This document shows positions 30,940-32,000 of a stretch of 32,000 bases of DNA, piece by piece. Position 1 is the first letter of the stretch. Each line of letters starts with the position of its first letter. Origin of the DNA: Planctomycetales bacterium. GTDB lineage: Bacteria > 4484-113 > JAFGCY01. The stretch spans positions 3,060,001-3,092,000 of the forward strand of contig CP060262.1 of NCBI GenBank assembly GCA_022646745.1, given 5' to 3'. The translations under genes and the position numbers were made by a program. The notes below the pieces were generated by a model, which did not search any database, had not been told where the DNA came from, and saw only the letters and a list, made by a program, of their open reading frames with translations.

Positions 30940-32000
30940 CTAGTCGAACTTGATGGATGTCTCGAAGCCCCGGACCTTGACGTAGTCTCCTTCCTCAAGG
31001 CCCTCAAGCACGATGATGTCGTAGTAGTCAGTGTCGCCGAGCTTGACCTCAACCTCCTCGGTTGCGGCCTTCTCGCTCGTGATGTCCTCGCCCTCCTTCA
31101 GGCGGAAGACCATGTTCGTGTCCGGCTTCTCACCCGCGCGCGTGGCGCCGAGCGGGATCAGCAGGACATCCTTCTTCACGTCGGCCTCGATCTTCACACT
31201 GGCGGTCATGTTGCCGAGCAGCAGGCCCTCATTGTTGTCAACCTCGATGATCACCACGAAGTTGATCAGACCGCTGCCTGCCTGCACACCCTGCGGGTAG
31301 ATGTTCGTCACCTTGCCGCTGAACTCCTGCTCGCGGAAGGCGTCGACCTGCACGGTGGCAGTCTGGCCGACCTTGATCTTGCCGATGTCGATCTCGTCCA
31401 CGTATGTGCGCACCTTGATGCGGCTCAGGTCGGCGACCTTGATGATCGTGTTGCCTCCGCTGAATGAGGAGTTGATGCTGATCACGCTGTCACCGATGTC
31501 CAGCAGCTTCTCCAGCACGATGCCGCTGATCGGGGAGGCGATTTCGCTGTCCCCGAGCTGCTTGCGTGCTTCCGCCAGCTGGACGCCGGCGGCGTCATAG
31601 CTCAGCTTGGCGAGGCTGATGTTGTTGCTGTTGCTTCCCTCATCGAAGGCGCGCAGGTTCTCCTCAGCGAGGGACAGGGAAGCCTCGCCATTGGCAACAG
31701 CCGTGCGCATGCTGATCAGCTGGTTGCTGGCGTTGTCATATTCCTGCTGGGTGGCCCAGTCCTTCTCGTAGAGCGAGCGAATTCGCTCAAAGCTGTCTAT
31801 CTGTGTCTGGAGGTTGCTTTTGGCGTTGTCCAGGCTGTTGCGGGCATTGGTGAGCTGGGTCTCGAGGCTGGCCCGGGTGGTCTCGCTGTTGGCGTTGCGG
31901 GCCTCGTCATAGCGCAGCTGCGCCTGCTTGAGCACGATCTGCTGCTGGTCAACGACGAGTTGCTGGTTGCGCTGGTCGAGCCGGCAGATCACGTCACCGG
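30940..32000 (-). CDS. HlyD/MacA-type periplasmic adaptor (membrane fusion protein), 5' end outside the window
   Basis: Coiled-coil hairpin region, SPISGIVLEKLLDIGDSV lipoyl-like motif, and beta-barrel/MP domains. The frame remains open to the window edge (GDVICRLD is internal). Confidence 0.88.
   Translation of the reverse strand, partial: GDVICRLDQRNQQLVVDQQQIVLKQAQLRYDEARNANSETTRASLETQLTNARNSLDNAKSNLQTQIDSFERIRSLYEKDWATQQEYDNASNQLISMRTAVANGEASLSLAEENLRAFDEGSNSNNISLAKLSYDAAGVQLAEARKQLGDSEIASPISGIVLEKLLDIGDSVISINSSFSGGNTIIKVADLSRIKVRTYVDEIDIGKIKVGQTATVQVDAFREQEFSGKVTNIYPQGVQAGSGLINFVVIIEVDNNEGLLLGNMTASVKIEADVKKDVLLIPLGATRAGEKPDTNMVFRLKEGEDITSEKAATEEVEVKLGDTDYYDIIVLEGLEEGDYVKVRGFETSIKFD

Noticed and set aside
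1-32000. Search for CRISPR arrays, tRNA/rRNA genes, IS elements, integrases, phage genes or toxin-antitoxin/defence modules
   Set aside because: There are no direct-repeat/spacer periodicity, cloverleaf-like sequences in the short spacers, transposase/integrase-like ORFs or terminal inverted repeats. Every ORF over 150 aa that is not a shadow frame has an assignable housekeeping or envelope family, or is listed as hypothetical.

Overview
Densely packed, GC-rich bacterial chromosomal window with short AT-rich intergenic spacers. I can support 31 protein-coding genes. I found no rRNA or tRNA genes, CRISPR arrays, transposases or integrases. Left to right: a dUTPase-family gene and a small membrane ORF; a complete minus-strand SUF Fe-S assembly operon (sufC-sufB-sufD-Rieske-sufS-sufU) with three TGATG stop/start junctions; a lone FlgJ-type rod-binding gene; and a long plus-strand envelope/division block. 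That block holds a WecG/TagA-family transferase, ftsE, ftsX, a coiled-coil M23 EnvC-like peptidase and an S41 C-terminal processing protease. It continues with an NYN-domain gene overlapping a tandem OstA/LptA-like exported protein, an 814-aa Ig/IPT-like exported protein, and a REC-PP2C response regulator. Next come minus-strand thiD-pilD, a TetR regulator, and a minus-strand envelope operon (secreted 5'-nucleotidase-like protein with a BsuPI-like C-terminal domain, Amj-like lipid II flippase, V4R-domain protein, KdsD/KpsF). The window ends with a small membrane-anchored protein and a minus-strand block of HlyD-type adaptor (5' end outside the window), two MacB-type permease paralogues and mutS2. 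KdsD and OstA-like genes point to a diderm with LPS, while SufS/SufU, MutS2 and Amj are more typical of monoderm-like lineages; I cannot assign a taxon from the sequence. This is mostly housekeeping and envelope content, and I see no defence island or obviously self-contained novel system. The observations most worth follow-up are: (1) the REC-PP2C gene has no canonical start codon upstream of its receiver-domain DD pocket, and AAGGAG-N6-ATA suggests ATA initiation; (2) -10-like hexamers recur exactly 6 nt upstream of ATG starts (dut, ORF530, thiD, kdsD), which looks like leaderless transcription; (3) the secreted 5'-nucleotidase homologue has substitutions at several metal-ligand positions and is fused to a protease-inhibitor-like domain; (4) the NYN / OstA-like / Ig-like operon and the amj-V4R pair are translationally coupled; (5) a 13-nt (15 of 16) motif is shared by two intergenic spacers. 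Long antisense shadow ORFs are common here and were rejected.
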